A stretch of 64,000 nt of DNA from Felis catus (taxonomy: Eukaryota): positions 53,942,001-54,006,000 of the forward strand of contig NC_058382.1 in NCBI RefSeq assembly GCF_018350175.1. The letters run 5' to 3'. Positions 24,300 through 36,938 of the stretch are shown one piece after another. The translations under genes and the position numbers were made by a program. The stretch's first letter is position 1. Every line of letters starts with the position of its first letter. The notes under the pieces were generated by a model that was given only the letters and a program-made list of their open reading frames with translations, ran no database searches and was not told the origin of the DNA.

Positions 24300-24700
24300 A
24301 TCATCATTTTGATTTGGATTCCCCCAAAGGACAAGACAGGATTTGGGTGCAAGTGGTCTACTTGGGCGGTAACTTCAAGGAAGTGGGAGAGTGACACACA
24401 GAAGGGGCACAAACTGGGGAAAAGATGGATTTTCATGCCTGTGACCATTAAGGGCAACTGGGGCTCCCACCAGGGAACACTAGGCACAGAGAACAATAGC
24501 CATGTGGCCACCCACACTCCACCCTGAGAGAAAGTATGTCTCCACCTCCCACCAAAGCACATGAGTTATTGATTGAGGGCTATGATTTCCGGAACACTTC
24601 CAGCTTCCTTCAAAACAGGCAGACTGGGCTTCCCAGGGCAGTGAAAGCACTCAAAACAATCATAGGGGTTGCGGGTGGGAATTAGGCAGGGTGTGCTCCA
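24300..24700. mobile_element. ERVL LTR (LTR16/LTR33-like) remnant
   Basis: gacaggatttgggtgcaagtggtctacttgggcggt...aaggaagtgggagagtgacaca resembles the LTR16/33 group. Confidence 0.55.
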
Positions 24701-25903
24701 AAGTGCTACATTCCAAGAACATATATGGCAGGGACCTTTACTGTTGAAACAAAACTCAGGGCACACAGTCCAGCATTGAAAATCGAGGCCACTCCCTCAA
24801 GTCTACGAACCTTGCCGCAAACACACACAACGCGGGGCATACACAAGGTACAACAGCAAAAGCTAACTTTTCTGCTTCCTTCCCCAATGACATCTTGAAC
24901 GAAGCCTGACCAAATTAAATAAAGCCACTGTGGTCACCACTAACGAGGGAGAGGCATAGCGATGTCTGGTTAAATGATGCTCCCAGAATATCCATTCGAA
25001 CATACTGGGGCACCACAACATGGTCTGCAGAAAGGTTCTGTCTTGGGATCCAACATGATTCCGAAATAACCAACATCACCCTAACAAGGTTTATGCTGCA
25101 AATTACTCTGTGCAAAATGCTATTAAAAGTCAGTGATGAGTGAAAATAGCCTTCAAAATTCCACGACAACATTCAAACCCTAGATTGAGTTTCTCCTCTC
25201 CAGCCTCATTCAAATAATTATCTTCCCTGGATTAAATGATATTTTTTAATTTGATCACATCCCATAGCCATACGTTTATTTTATTTGGATGAGGGAGAAA
25301 GGTATCTTAATTTCTCATAATAAGAGCTCTCGTGAAAGGTGGAACTTCAGTGACTGGGCAGTAATCAAAACTGAATTCTATACAAGAGGTAAATTATATT
25401 GCCTTCGAAATTCATTTGCAAATGGTCACAATATTAATAAAATGAAGGCGAGACTGTGATTTCCCTTTTGCAAAAGTCTAGGTCCTCACTAACCAAAAGC
25501 AAACTCGCTGAGGAGCACACAGCAGCTGTAGGTCGCGTGCCACAAAGCCTGAGGCTGGCCCCAGATGTGCGGCGCAAAGGGCAGACACCGCAGCTTGGCA
25601 AAGTGAAGAAAATGGCCTGATTCTTGTCTTCCTCCTTATGCTCTGGGGCTGCCCTGGGAGATGCCAGGATCTGGCCCCAGAAACCAGAATGAAGACAGAC
25701 CTCGCGCAGGACACAGTTCTGCACTATTGCGAGCCCTCTGGCCCCTCCGTGAGGAAGGCCTTCGAGGATGATCCCACCCCCCCATAAATTGCCTGATTTT
25801 ATTCTCAACGCCTGCAGCCCAGGTTTCCCTTTGAAGCCCGCTCCGGTTGATGGCCGAGTCTCCTACCAGACTGAACGGTTTGAAGGCAAGGACCCGGCGG
25901 GGG

Positions 25904-26264
25904 TGCGGTAGTTTCCTGTAGCTGCCGTAACAAATTACCACTCGCTTGGTGTCTTAAAGCAACACAAATCCACCCTCTTGCAGTGGTGGAGGTCAGAGGA
26001 GAACCCGTTTCCTTGTCTTTTGCACCTTGAGAGGTAGCCTGCTCTCCCTGGCCCGTGGGCCCCATCACTCCAACCTCTGCTTCAGTCTCCCGGCTCTTCC
26101 TCTTTGACCTCCTTGCCTCCCTCTTGTAAGTCACCAGAGCCATCTTCTCATTTCAAGATCCTTAATCACATCGGCAAGGTCCCTTCTGCCACGGAAGGTA
26201 GCTGAGTGACAGTTCTGGGAACTGGGATGAGGACGTCTTTGCAGGGGCGTTTTTCTGCCCACCA
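25904..26264 (-). mobile_element. MLT1 (ERVL-MaLR) solo LTR
   Basis: tagtttcctgtagctgccgtaacaaattaccac...caagatccttaatcacatcggcaag...ctgcccaccac. Confidence 0.85.
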
Positions 26265-26574
26265 CGGTGGTAATCACCCCTGTGTCTTAAGCGCCTGGCC
26301 AAGAAAAGCCACTTCCAGGTAACATGAAGTTCCAGTGAAATGGCAACAAAGGGAGGGAATTCAGGGTCTGTGCTTTGAGTGCGAAATCAGGCGGGCTTGG
26401 CCATGAATCCTGGCTCTGCTGTGTCAGCCAGGCCAGCTTCCCGAACCTCTCTGAACATTAGCTTGTTCGCCTGTGTAATGCTTACTGGGACCCACCTCAA
26501 GTGGCTACGATAAATTAGGTAATGCCTGTTGAGAGTTTTACCAGTGCCAGCTCAGTAAGCTCTGAGACAGAGGG

Positions 26575-26925
26575 AAACCAGGGCAAATGTTTTCTGTAAA
26601 GAGCCAAACGGTACATATTTTCAGCTTTTGAAGTTTGAAGGCCAAATGGTCTCTGTCACTATCCTGCCTTCAGAGCACAGAAACACGCATAGGTGATACA
26701 TGAATGAAGGAGGGAGACTGTGTCCCAATAAAACTTTACTCATGGACAGTTCAAATTTGAACTTCACCAGTTTTTCATACATGTCACGAAGTATTTTTCT
26801 TTCGATTTTTTTCCCCAACCACTTAAAAATGTAAAAGCATTCCTAGCTCATGGGTCATTAAAAAAAAATAAAAAAAAAAAAAAAAAAAGCAGGTAACAGA
26901 ATGGATTTGACCTATAGGTTATTAA
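26575..26925 (+). mobile_element. MER58B/C-like (hAT-Charlie)
   Basis: ttttctgtaaagagccaaac...ccaataaaactttac...aaccacttaaaaatgtaaaagcattcctagctc. Confidence 0.75.
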
Positions 26926-27734
26926 ACCTTGAATTAGATGATCTCCAAATTCCCTTTCTTCTAAGTAGCTGATGCAATTAACCATAAAATAACATTGAGG
27001 TGGGGGGGTGGGGAAGGGCTGAGACGGCAAACCCAAGTTCAAATCCAAATTTCACTCTGATGGCTGGTTACCTCCAGTAGCTGATTTAACTTCTCTCAGT
27101 ATGTTTTCTCATCCCAACGAGGAAGACAAACCTCTACCAAAATTCTGAAGACCGACGTAAGCAAATCTTACAATACAGTCTCCAACTTGGTCTCTGTCAC
27201 ATAGTAGGTGCCCACTAAATACTAGTTTTCATCCACCTGGAGGAAGGATGCTTCCTCATTGGAAGGATCTGGCTCCAAACCGATCTGCTTTTTAAAAGGC
27301 AATTTCCAATAACAAGATGGAAATGCCAGAGACAGCATTCTCCCCTCTTAATAGCATGTCAGGCCCAGTGATTTACCCTAAAGTCGTGACGAAGAAGGAA
27401 CAGCAGTGACTCTACATGGTTTTGTACACTGCGCTCGCCTGACCCATACTGGGCTTCAGAGGGGGACAGGACACACGTTGCTGAATCCTTGCGACGCCTC
27501 CCTTCTGACGGGAGGCTGAGGTTCAGAGACAAGTCCGTGGGCTGAGTCCAAGGTTCACTGCAGCTGAATTGAGGGTCAGGAATCTCTCAAGTCCGTGAGA
27601 GAAAAAGCAGGAAGAAGGCAACGAGCGCAACCTTGTGCATCCTACCCAATCTCCCCCCATCCCCCATCCCCCATCCCCTATCCCCACACAGCCCAACCCT
27701 CTCCCGGCCACATCCACTGGCGCGAACGGAAGCA

Positions 27735-28080
27735 CGCGGTGATAAAGCACCAGCTAAGCGCTTACATCATTTTACAATCAAACATCTCCAAATCTGTTTA
27801 TCTGATCAGCCCCAAATTCTGTCAGAGCGTTGACATGTGCATTTCTAAATAATTTCAGGATGTCAACCTGAATAGACCCGCAGAATCGGAGAGTTAATTA
27901 TCTTTGACAACTTTGCCAGCTAATTTCCTATTTATATGTACCAAACCGGGGGCCTCTCTCATCCCCTCTTGTCACAAAGGATTTATCAATCAAATCAAGG
28001 CCTAAAATTGTCTGCCACGGCATTCCGGCTTCCCAAAGGGGCATTTATCTGTTTGAAATCTCGCAGACTATCCAATGGCA
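27735..28080. promoter_or_regulatory. Candidate conserved enhancer (GATA + TALE motif cluster)
   Basis: Repeat-free block with 5 WGATAA sites, 5 TGACA/TGTCA sites and a TGATTGAT (minus strand) site. Confidence 0.55.
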
Positions 28081-28720
28081 GCGAAGTTGACGTGCAACGG
28101 AAGAGGAGCCGTGTCCTTTCTGGGTGAGGCCCCAGCAGCGGAGGGCCCCGCTGGCCAGCTCCCACCCCCGCCCCGGCACAGGGCAGCACCCCCACCCTCC
28201 CTTCCTCCTCCCGTCTTTTATCCGGCTGCACTGGCCGTGCCCCAATTTCCAAAAACGACACAAGCTCGGCCTCTGGGTTTCGGCTGACGCGCCCCCCCCC
28301 ACCCAACACCAGGGCCCCGCCTGTCCCAGCCGGTGCCCCGAGCGCCAGAATGGTGCCCCCGGGGAAGGCCAACCGGCTGGCGCTGACAGGTAGTTAGATG
28401 GTGGCGAGCGGGGCTCCTGTTGTCACTTCGTCCCCCTGACAGGCAGTCGTGTTTAACTTTAATGGCCCCTTCCGCTGCCGAGTTCCCTGAAACCTGGCCT
28501 CTGCTTTGCAGGCTTGTAGCCGGCTGTCACAGCTGGCCGTGGGGCGGGCGCGGGGAGCAGCCAGGCCCGCCTGTGATCCTGTTATTGGTTCCTCATGTGG
28601 ATCCACGGCCGCCGAGGAGGCCGCTGTGACCGGGCCGGGAGAATGAGGCTGGCCCGGACCCGCCCGGTTCCTGTCCAGCCAGCAGAGGTGCTGATGGGAG
28701 GAGGGGTTTCCGTCCCTCGT
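28080..28720. promoter_or_regulatory. CpG-island-like GC-rich segment
   Basis: Visibly higher GC and CpG density than the rest of the window; GC box (ggggcggg); CTGACAG/CTGTCA and TTTAATGG motifs. Confidence 0.55.
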
Positions 28721-28957
28721 CGCCTATTCAGTCCATTTTCACCTAACCTGTTCTCTGAGCTGATCGCGTTGTACAGGGAGCCCTGCCTTTCAGGAACTTC
28801 CCGTTTAATAGGTGACATTTATTCACTTCTCCTATTTAACAAAACTATGTCGAGTGCCTTCTAGGTGCAGAGTATTGTTCTAAGCACCTGGAAGACACCA
28901 GCAAAAAAATAAGGGGGAAAAACATCAGGCCTATTCTCAGAGAGCTTCTATTTGTTG

Positions 28958-29170
28958 CAGGGGGTCAGCAAACTGAGGCTAGCGGGCAAAGTCCACGCCT
29001 GGTTTTGTAAATAAAGTTTTATGGGAACACAGCCACACCCATTTGTTTGCACATTGTCTCTGGTCCCTTTTGTGCTACAACAGCAGGGCTGAGTAGTTAT
29101 AACAGAGGCCACGTGTCCCTCAAAGTATAAAGTGTTTACTGTCTGGCCCTTTACAGAAAACATCTGCTGG
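28958..29170 (-). mobile_element. MER58A (hAT-Charlie)
   Basis: cagggggtcagcaaact...ttttgtaaataaagttttatgggaacacagccacaccc...tctggccctttacagaaaa. Confidence 0.88.
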
Positions 29171-29226
29171 CAAATAAAAGTAATTTTAACACAAGAGACA
29201 TGGAAATATAAATACATAAGAGTCCA

Positions 29227-29440
29227 GGGCACCTGGGTGGCTCAGGTGGTTAAGCGTCCGCCTTTGGTTCAGGTCATGATCTCATGGTTCATCAATTCGA
29301 GCCCCACATCGGGCTCTCTACTATCAGCATAGAGCCTGCTTTGGATCTTCTGTTCCCCCCCTCTCTCTCTGCCCCTCCCCTTCTGGTGTTCTCTCTCTCT
29401 CTCTCTCTCTCAAAACAAATAAACTAAAAAAAAATTAAAA
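29227..29440 (+). mobile_element. CanSINE
   Basis: gggcacctgggtggctcag head, (CT)n, A tail. Confidence 0.95.
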
Positions 29441-30774
29441 AGTAATATCGACAGTCCACAGGGGGCCTACATGGCAACTTAGAGGATATGTCTTGCTCAC
29501 TGCTGTTGATACAATGCCTGGAACACAGATTGGCACAGGATAGGCGCCCACTAGAAAGTTCTCATTTCTAGGTTGGATAAAGGGACTGGGAAGATGCAAA
29601 GGTACCAGAAGATTTGATAAAGGAGGGAATAAGCTGGATTTTGAAGAAAAAAAGCATTCACCATAAGAGGAGGAGGAAATTCACTTGTAATATCTGCTAT
29701 CCAACCATAGGACCGGAAACTGCATTGAGAGAACAAGGAGGTGAGAGAACACAGTAACCTGAGCAGTGGGTCACAAAGGACATCAGGAGACTGGGGAGAA
29801 GTGATACCATGTGAAGACTTGTCTTCATTATCTCACTGACAACAGACAGCAAGCAAGGAATCTTTAGGCCCTGGCTAGTGGGGCCCCAACCTGACTCCAT
29901 GCCTTAGGGACCACACACTTTGGAGTACCTTCCTTAAACTTTGGGTTTCATTTCTCCATTGTGGGGTACTCTTAGATCTTTACCCCATATGTTGAGTCAA
30001 ACAGATGTCCCAGTTAGTTCCAAAATTCCTACCTCGAGTGTCTCCCTAAGGCCCCACAGCCAGGACCTGCCAAGGTCATGCTGCATGAGACACAGATACT
30101 CTGCACAAATGAACTACTCCCATTTCTCCATTCACGGGCCCTTGCCTGTCTACCCCTATGCATCCCACTCAGAGAATGGCAGGGTACCATCAACATCAAA
30201 ATAAATCACGTGCCAGGCACACAGTGATTATATCCTCAAGACTTCAGAAGGAGACACTGTCGGAAGATGTGTTGTTCTACATGGACACACAAAAGCAGTT
30301 TCTGAACGGCAGATTTAACATGACCAGGCAATGAGTCGTCATGCCCAACCTCCTGTATTTGTGGTCGCCATCAACAAAGCACAACCTTTGCAAGAATCAC
30401 CAGAGGCTAGTGGTATTCACAGACAGCATGAAGGATGATGCATCACCATGAGTAATGATGGGACCGGCACTAACTATATGCTAGTGGGCACTGCAAACAC
30501 AAGAACACCCGCCCTGTTGGAATATAAGCAGGTTATGAAAAGTCACGGCATAATTACGAGCAACAGCAGCTCCCGGTAGAAGATACGAAATTCACCGGGA
30601 ATGGGGCACTAACAATGAAGGGGCACAAAGAAGTGGTCCCCAGACCTGGGTGAATGGTGCCAGGACTCCTCGCATGCACCACTGGGTCAATAAATAAGTT
30701 TGTGTTCTCTGCCTGCTATTCTAGATCTTCACCAGATCGCCAACCTTTACATAGGCCCATGAATTTTGAAGACA

Positions 30775-31047
30775 TTTTTATTTATATTTATATATAAATT
30801 TTTATTTATATTTATATTTTTATTTATATATATTTTTTATTTTTTTAATGTTTATTTATTTTTGAGACAGAGAGACAGAATATGAACAGGGGAGGGTCAG
30901 AGAGAGAGGGAGACACAGAATCTGAAACAGGCTCCAGGCTCTGAGCTGTCAGCACAGAGCCCGACGCAGGGCTCAAACTCACAGATCCTGAAATCATGAC
31001 CTGAGCCGAAGTCAGACACTCAACCAACTGAGCCACCCAGGCGCCCC
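30775..31047 (-). mobile_element. CanSINE with expanded AT-rich tail
   Basis: Antisense head caggcgcccc; tail extended into (TTTATA)-like repeat at 30775-30845. Confidence 0.95.
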
Positions 31048-32164
31048 ATATAATCAAATTGCTTATATAGATGAGGACCCCCAAAATTTTCCCGGGGTCC
31101 CACACACCCTACAAGGGGTCGTGAAGGCACAAGGTGTCCATTTCTGTCTCAGAGAATGTATTATGTTTAAAAAAGAAACCAAAAATTAAAGGGCTGACAA
31201 ATGACTTGGAATAGGACATTCATTTCCCTTGAAGGACACCTAGCACGGCCCAGAAACTTGTCTTCAACCCCCTCTTTTTCCTCCTGATTCTTACCTCCCA
31301 CTCTCTCCGGAGATTTCCATTTAATAAAACTGCCCCCCAAACCCGCTCCCCCCTCCGTGGCCTGCTCAGTTTTTACTTTCCCTCCTCCTGGCCATGTTAG
31401 GTGTCTGCGTCGCTCAGGGTGACCTTCTCACCCAGTTCTCCCACCATCCAGTCATCTCTACTTGACTCATTACCTGCTCCCGCATCGCAAAGCGCTAGAA
31501 AGGTTCTGGCAGAGGCGACCTCTCTCCGCTTCCAACCATAGCTTCCTCTGCGGTGGACTTTTGGGGAGAGGGTGCTGATGAGCACATTTATCTCACTAGG
31601 GTCATACATACCGTATCGTCTTTGTCGGCCTAAGTTTCTGGATTTTCCCCAAAAGGCAGAGGCGTGGAATCATGAAAACGCAGACTGTGGTGCTAGCCAG
31701 AACAGCGCCTTCCAATTGCAACGGATTTGCGTAGTGGCTAAAAATCATACCAGAGGTGGTTGTCAAGGACATCTTGAAATCCAACAGGAGGCTGAGTGTG
31801 AGCCACCAAAGCTAAGGCCGTGTGTGGGAGGAATGATCTGGGATTCAGGCAGAGCATTAATTATGCAATTTGTTATCGGTTGCATCTTGATTCATTGCTA
31901 CCTGGGCTTCTACATATAAAAATTAATCTATGGAGTTAATATGGGTAAAAACTCTCGCTAAGGGGCTTTAAATAGTGGATGGAGGCGAGCGAAACCCCTT
32001 CTCATACCCCCTCTTACAGCCAATTCCTATTAAAACACTTAAGAGTGTGTGTGTGTGTATGTGAGATGTTGCTAGTAATCCTGGAAAAGAAGCGTAAGTC
32101 TCCAGAAAATAAGGACATGATAAGGAAATGAGATTTTTTTTTGGTGTTTAGATGTTTTAAATGA

Positions 32165-32395
32165 ATACACTTTATTTTTGAGAGCACTCTTAGGTTTGCA
32201 GAAAGTGGAGTGAGTTCCCATGTAATCTCTCTTCCTTCCTCCCCCACTCACCCCAGCTGGCCCAGTATCAACACTGTGCATCAGAGTGATACATTTGTCA
32301 CAAATGATGGACCAATATGGATACACTCTTATTAACCACAGTCCACAGTTGACATCAGAGCTCACTCTTGGTGTTTGTTGTACCTCCTACAGGCT
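32165..32395 (-). mobile_element. L1MC-like 3'UTR fragment
   Basis: tttatttttgagagcactcttaggtttgcagaaag...catttgtcacaaatgatggaccaatatggatacac. Confidence 0.75.
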
Positions 32396-33002
32396 TCCAG
32401 ATGCTTTGTTTTAGATGGTTTCCTACCCCTTTAAGCACCTAAGGAATCATTAAAATTTTCTTTAAGGCACGAAAACAGCCTTTTTATAAACATTAACTGG
32501 ACTCCTTACTCAATTATCAAAGGATAAATAACTGCAAGGATATGTAACTCCAATCAATCTGGTCCAATTACACGTACGGTACAGGGTGTTTACTGTGTAC
32601 CAGGAACTGGGCCCTGAGGACAGAAAAAGTCTTTTTCCTCCTCAAGTCTAGAGTTTAAGAGAAAAGATGAAGATTCATAAGTGATGACAAGTAGGTGCCC
32701 CTTCCAAAGGGCGCACGCAGAAGCTACAATAATGTACACAAAGGGGACATTTGTCAAAGCTGGGCTTCGTCTAAGCTAGAAGGTGGCTCACGTCCCCACT
32801 ACCAGCTCCCGGGTATCTGGGAGGTCCAGACCAGGAGGCTTCACGTAGGTCCTGCACCACTCAGGCCCGTGGTGGTTCCCAGAGCTGCCTCCGGTCACAT
32901 CCCTGCTCTGTGGGAGTGAAAAATTCGCTGCCTCGCCTCTCTGACATCCTTTTGTCTGGCAATGCTGAGTTGGTCAGTTCACGCTGGGTTTATTTCAGGG
33001 GC

Positions 33003-33146
33003 GAATTTCCCGAGCTTCGAGGACTAGCCGATGTACGAGGAGCACTCTGAGCATTTCCTGAGCTGCGAGGACTAGCCAAAGGACAAGGAGTGCCCTGAGC
33101 ATTTCCCAAGCTTCGAGGAATAGCCAAAGTACGAGGAGCACCCTGA
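33003..33146. repeat. 48-bp minisatellite, 3 copies
   Basis: Units start at 33003, 33051 and 33099; consensus ~gcatttcccgagcttcgaggactagccaaagtacgaggagcaccctga. Confidence 0.92.
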
Positions 33147-33158
33147 GACAGGTTCCCT

Positions 33159-33608
33159 TGTGTGCTGGCTTCCCGAGGCTGCTCCAACAAAGGGCCACAA
33201 ACTGGGAGGCTAAAACAACACAATGCATTCTCCGTCTGGAGGCTCCAAGTCTGATAGAAGGGTGTCAGAAAAGCCACACTCCTTCTGAAGCCTCTAGGAG
33301 AGAATCGTCCCACGCCTTTGTGCTAGCTTCTGGTTGTTTCTGACAATCCTAGGCGTTCCTTGGCCTGTAGACACATCACCCCAATCTCTGCCTCCATCTG
33401 TGTGTAACTTTATGTCTCTAAGTCCAAATGTCGTCTTCCCACAAAGACGCCAATCGTTGGATTTAGGGCCCATCTTAATCCAGTATGACCTCACCTCAGC
33501 TTGATTACATCTACCAAGACCCAATTTCCAAATAAGGCCACATTCACAGGTACTGGGGCTTAGCAACTGAATGGGTCTTTTAGGGGAACATGAGTCAACC
33601 CCACAACA
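33159..33608 (-). mobile_element. MLT1 (B/C-like) solo LTR
   Basis: ggctgctccaacaaagggccacaaactgggaggctaaaacaac...ggatttagggcccatcttaatccagtatgacctc...caaccccacaaca. Confidence 0.88.
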
Positions 33609-34278
33609 CTTTCATTCCCAAAGTTGGCTCACAGCTGCTGTCCCTCAATGATGCTAACTGGGAGCAAAGCTGGGGCCAGGATAAGAAACAGGCCCACAAG
33701 TCAGATGAGGCCTCCTGCCTTCAGAAATTTAATTAAACATTACCCGTTATGTGTTCATTCCGAAACGTGTGTTCTCAGTACCTACATTGCCCATGGTGTT
33801 CCAGGCACTGGAGATACAGCCTTAACATAGAGGCTTATATTCTGCTTATAAAAAAGGGGAGACTGACAATAAATAAGCAAATAAGTGGAAAGAAGAGAAA
33901 GATAGCACTGCGGTGAGCACAGAGTGAAGGGGAGGTTATCAGCGGAGCCCGCGAGCTACTCCTGGAAGGTGGTTCTTGCTGGGGAGAGCAGAGACCATGA
34001 GTGCAGAAGGGGGCAGAACGCAGAGTTTGTCTGGCATGGAAATGGCTAGCCTGCGGCCCGGTACGGAGCTGAAGATTTGGTGAGAGTGGTTAACGGCAGG
34101 AAAGAGAGGGCGATGCTGCTGACTGAAGGCCCTGGGGGTGGGGATGGCCGGTGCTGAGGAAGACCAGACAGCGGGGAGAGAACAATGGACTGGGGCGCTG
34201 GTGGATAGATGAGAGAGTAGGAACACGCACCTCAGCCCACCGCATCCCCAGCGTGCCTGTAAGATAAAAGCCGGCTCT

Positions 34279-34490
34279 GGGGGGCCTGGGGGGCTTAGTT
34301 GGTTAAGGGTAGGACTCTTATTTTGGGCTCAGGTCACGATCTCACATTTCGTGGGTTCGAGTCCCGAGTCAAGCTCTGCACTGACAGTGTGGAGCCTGGT
34401 TGGGATTCTCTCTCTCCCTCTCTGCCCCTCCTGCATGCACACTTACCCCCTCAAAATAAATAAATTTAAATAAAACTCTAAAAAAATAAA
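34279..34490 (+). mobile_element. CanSINE
   Basis: Diverged head, body and A-rich tail. Confidence 0.92.
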
Positions 34491-36317
34491 TAAGAGCCGT
34501 GTCTCTGGCTTCCAGCTGGGGTGCAGGGTCTGGGAGACCACACGGTTCTACAATTGCCACGAGCAAAAATGCAAATGGGACTTTACAGAGAGAAGGGGTG
34601 AGGTCAGGGGGCAGGGGCAGCACGAACAGAACACGGAGTGCCTTACGCAGTCCTGGTTTCCTGTCGAGAAGCCAGGCTCTTGGGGTAGCCTCCAGGTTTT
34701 CCATCCTGGGCTCAAGCACCCGGGGGAATGTCCTTCAAATGCCCTGGGCTTCAGCGTCCTCACCTCTAAACCGGTGATAACAAGAGTCCTTACTGTTGGC
34801 TGCTGTGAGGGCCAAGTGATTGACTCGATGGAAAGGCCTAGAACAGTGTCCGGTACAGAGTAAGGCTTACTGAATGTCCCTGGTAACAGAGGGTCCCGTC
34901 CCCACTGTTACTTGGGCCACTCCTACAAATTCTGAGCATCTAGCACATGCCAGGCACTCTTCCAGCTGTTGACAAAATATGACACAGTCCATGCCCTCGA
35001 AGAAACCATGCCCAACTCAGCGAGACTGGCACATGCCAGCTCGGAGGCAGAACCTCTGGGCAGACTGGGGGTGAAGGAAACAGAAACTTGATCAGGAATG
35101 AAAGAAAAGCCTCGTGCCCATCACTGGAAAGGCTCTCAGCCCCAGCGTTCAGCTGGACTAGCTAGGAAAAGAGAAAACACTTCCAGGAAGCAAAAGGCGC
35201 CCGGACCACCTTCTGTCATTGCCACATCCTGCACCAGGACCGACTGAGCTGAGCTCCGTGCCACCGCCCGGTCAGGACCCCACTGGAACCAACCCCATGA
35301 CTGGGCTGACAAGCCATCTGGACGCCCCGAGGAAGACACCCTCTGACAACACCCACAAAACAGAGACCCCTGCTGCACGGATTCCTGGGGGTGCCTGGCG
35401 TGGAGGGACACTGCCGGGACGCCTGCCCGACTCTACACATCCCTGTGAACTTTCCCGGCTTTGGAAGACTCTCTCCCAGACCCACCATTCTCTCAGATGA
35501 ACGTGTTCAGCACGACCATACCTTAGAGCAATTACCTGATACAAACGCACAGGGCTACGCACGTTCACCTGAAGCTTCTACTTCCCAGAAATGCCGTGGG
35601 GAGTCCCGCGGGCATCAAGCTTGGCACAAGCATCTCCAGCACCGCGAGCCGCTGCTAACTCTCAGCTTGCCTCCCTGTAAGGGGCAGCCAACACTCCCCG
35701 TCTCTCTTGGCAAAACTAAAGGACACCATGAGAAAAGGCTTCTGGGAAGACGTTGTGAACTGTATCGTTTGGTCAACAGCCATCAGGAGACTCTCGGGTG
35801 CTGGACAAGTGGGCGAAAACCACATGCTCATCAGCGCGTCAGCTGCCTCAAATCCCTTCCAGAACAAGGCAGAAAATTCATGCAATCATGGAGAGGCTTA
35901 GAACTGGCCAAGTGGAAAGTCTTTGAGAGATCACGTGATGAAATGTCCTCATTTCACAAGCAACAAAATCCAGCCCCAGCAGTTTAAGTGACGGGCCCAA
36001 GGCCCCCCCACAGAACACGGACTCTCACCCCCGCTGGTGGACTCTGGGTCGCAGCCCTTCTCCGTCATGTGGCACAGCGGGCTCCTGCGAAGCCCTCACT
36101 GTTGCCAACTCCAGTGTCTGTGCCAGTGAGAGCCCCATACGGGAACTCGGAGCTTAGGCTCTGTGTCCCCTGCTCTTCCTTGGGGACCCAAGTTCCAGCT
36201 GGGCTCTGACTACCTCCATGACTCTGCTTCCTCACTGGCACTCACGGGCACTCCTCTTCACAAACACCCCAACAGGCCCGGGGGCAGTATCGTAGCCACT
36301 GCAAGGGTCTCACTACC

Positions 36318-36512
36318 TGATGGCTTCCCACTCTGCACAGTGGACATTCGGGTCACAATCCTTTGTGGGGGATTGTGGGGGACACTGTCCTATGCTCTGT
36401 GGGATATTCCGCAGCAGACCTGGCCTCCACCCAGCTTTGATGACCAACAATGTGTTCAAGCATTGCCAAATGTCACCTAAGGGACAAAGGTGCCCCTCGT
36501 TAAAAATTGCTA
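36318..36512 (-). mobile_element. MER20 remnant
   Basis: cattgccaaatgtcacctaagggacaaa and gacattcgggtcacaatcctttg resemble antisense MER20. Confidence 0.7.
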
Positions 36513-36517
36513 CTAGA

Positions 36518-36741
36518 GGGGCGCCTGGGTGGCACAGTCGGTTAAGCGTCCGACTTCAGCCAGGTCACGATCTCACGGTGCGTGAGTTCGAGCCCTGCGT
36601 CAGGCTCTGGGCAGATGGCTCGGAGCCTGGAGCCTGTTTCCGACTCTGTGTCTCCCTCTCTCTCTGCCCCTCTCCCGTTCATGCTCTGTCTCTCTCTGTC
36701 CCAAAAATAAATTAAAAACATTGAAAAAAAAAATTAAAAAA
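36518..36741 (+). mobile_element. Young felid CanSINE (SINEC_Fc-like)
   Basis: Near-consensus body; perfect 16-bp TSD aaaaattgctactaga (36502-36517 / 36742-36757). Confidence 0.97.
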
Positions 36742-36938
36742 AAAAATTGCTACTAGAGCACAATCACCTTTTCTTGAGCCCATTCTGCCCAGACTGTCCC
36801 TCCTCAGGACAGGTGCCCAGACACAAGGTCTGACCATGACAGCATTTGGGTCCCTGCCCAGTTTCTGTCCTTTAAACCCCCATCACTATTGCCTTCCAGA
36901 GTTAACTTTACTGCCTTTGAACAAAAAGAAACTAGCCT

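Noticed and set aside
30200..30760. Unique stretch with a 43-codon ORF and AATAAA near 30688
   Set aside because: ORF short and unrecognised, no clear splice acceptor; expected by chance
33003..33146. Possible CRISPR-like array
   Set aside because: Contiguous tandem units without unique spacers, in eukaryotic DNA with no cas genes
35391..35987. 198-aa plus-strand ORF
   Set aside because: Non-ATG start, GC-rich context with overlapping ORFs on both strands, no recognisable homology
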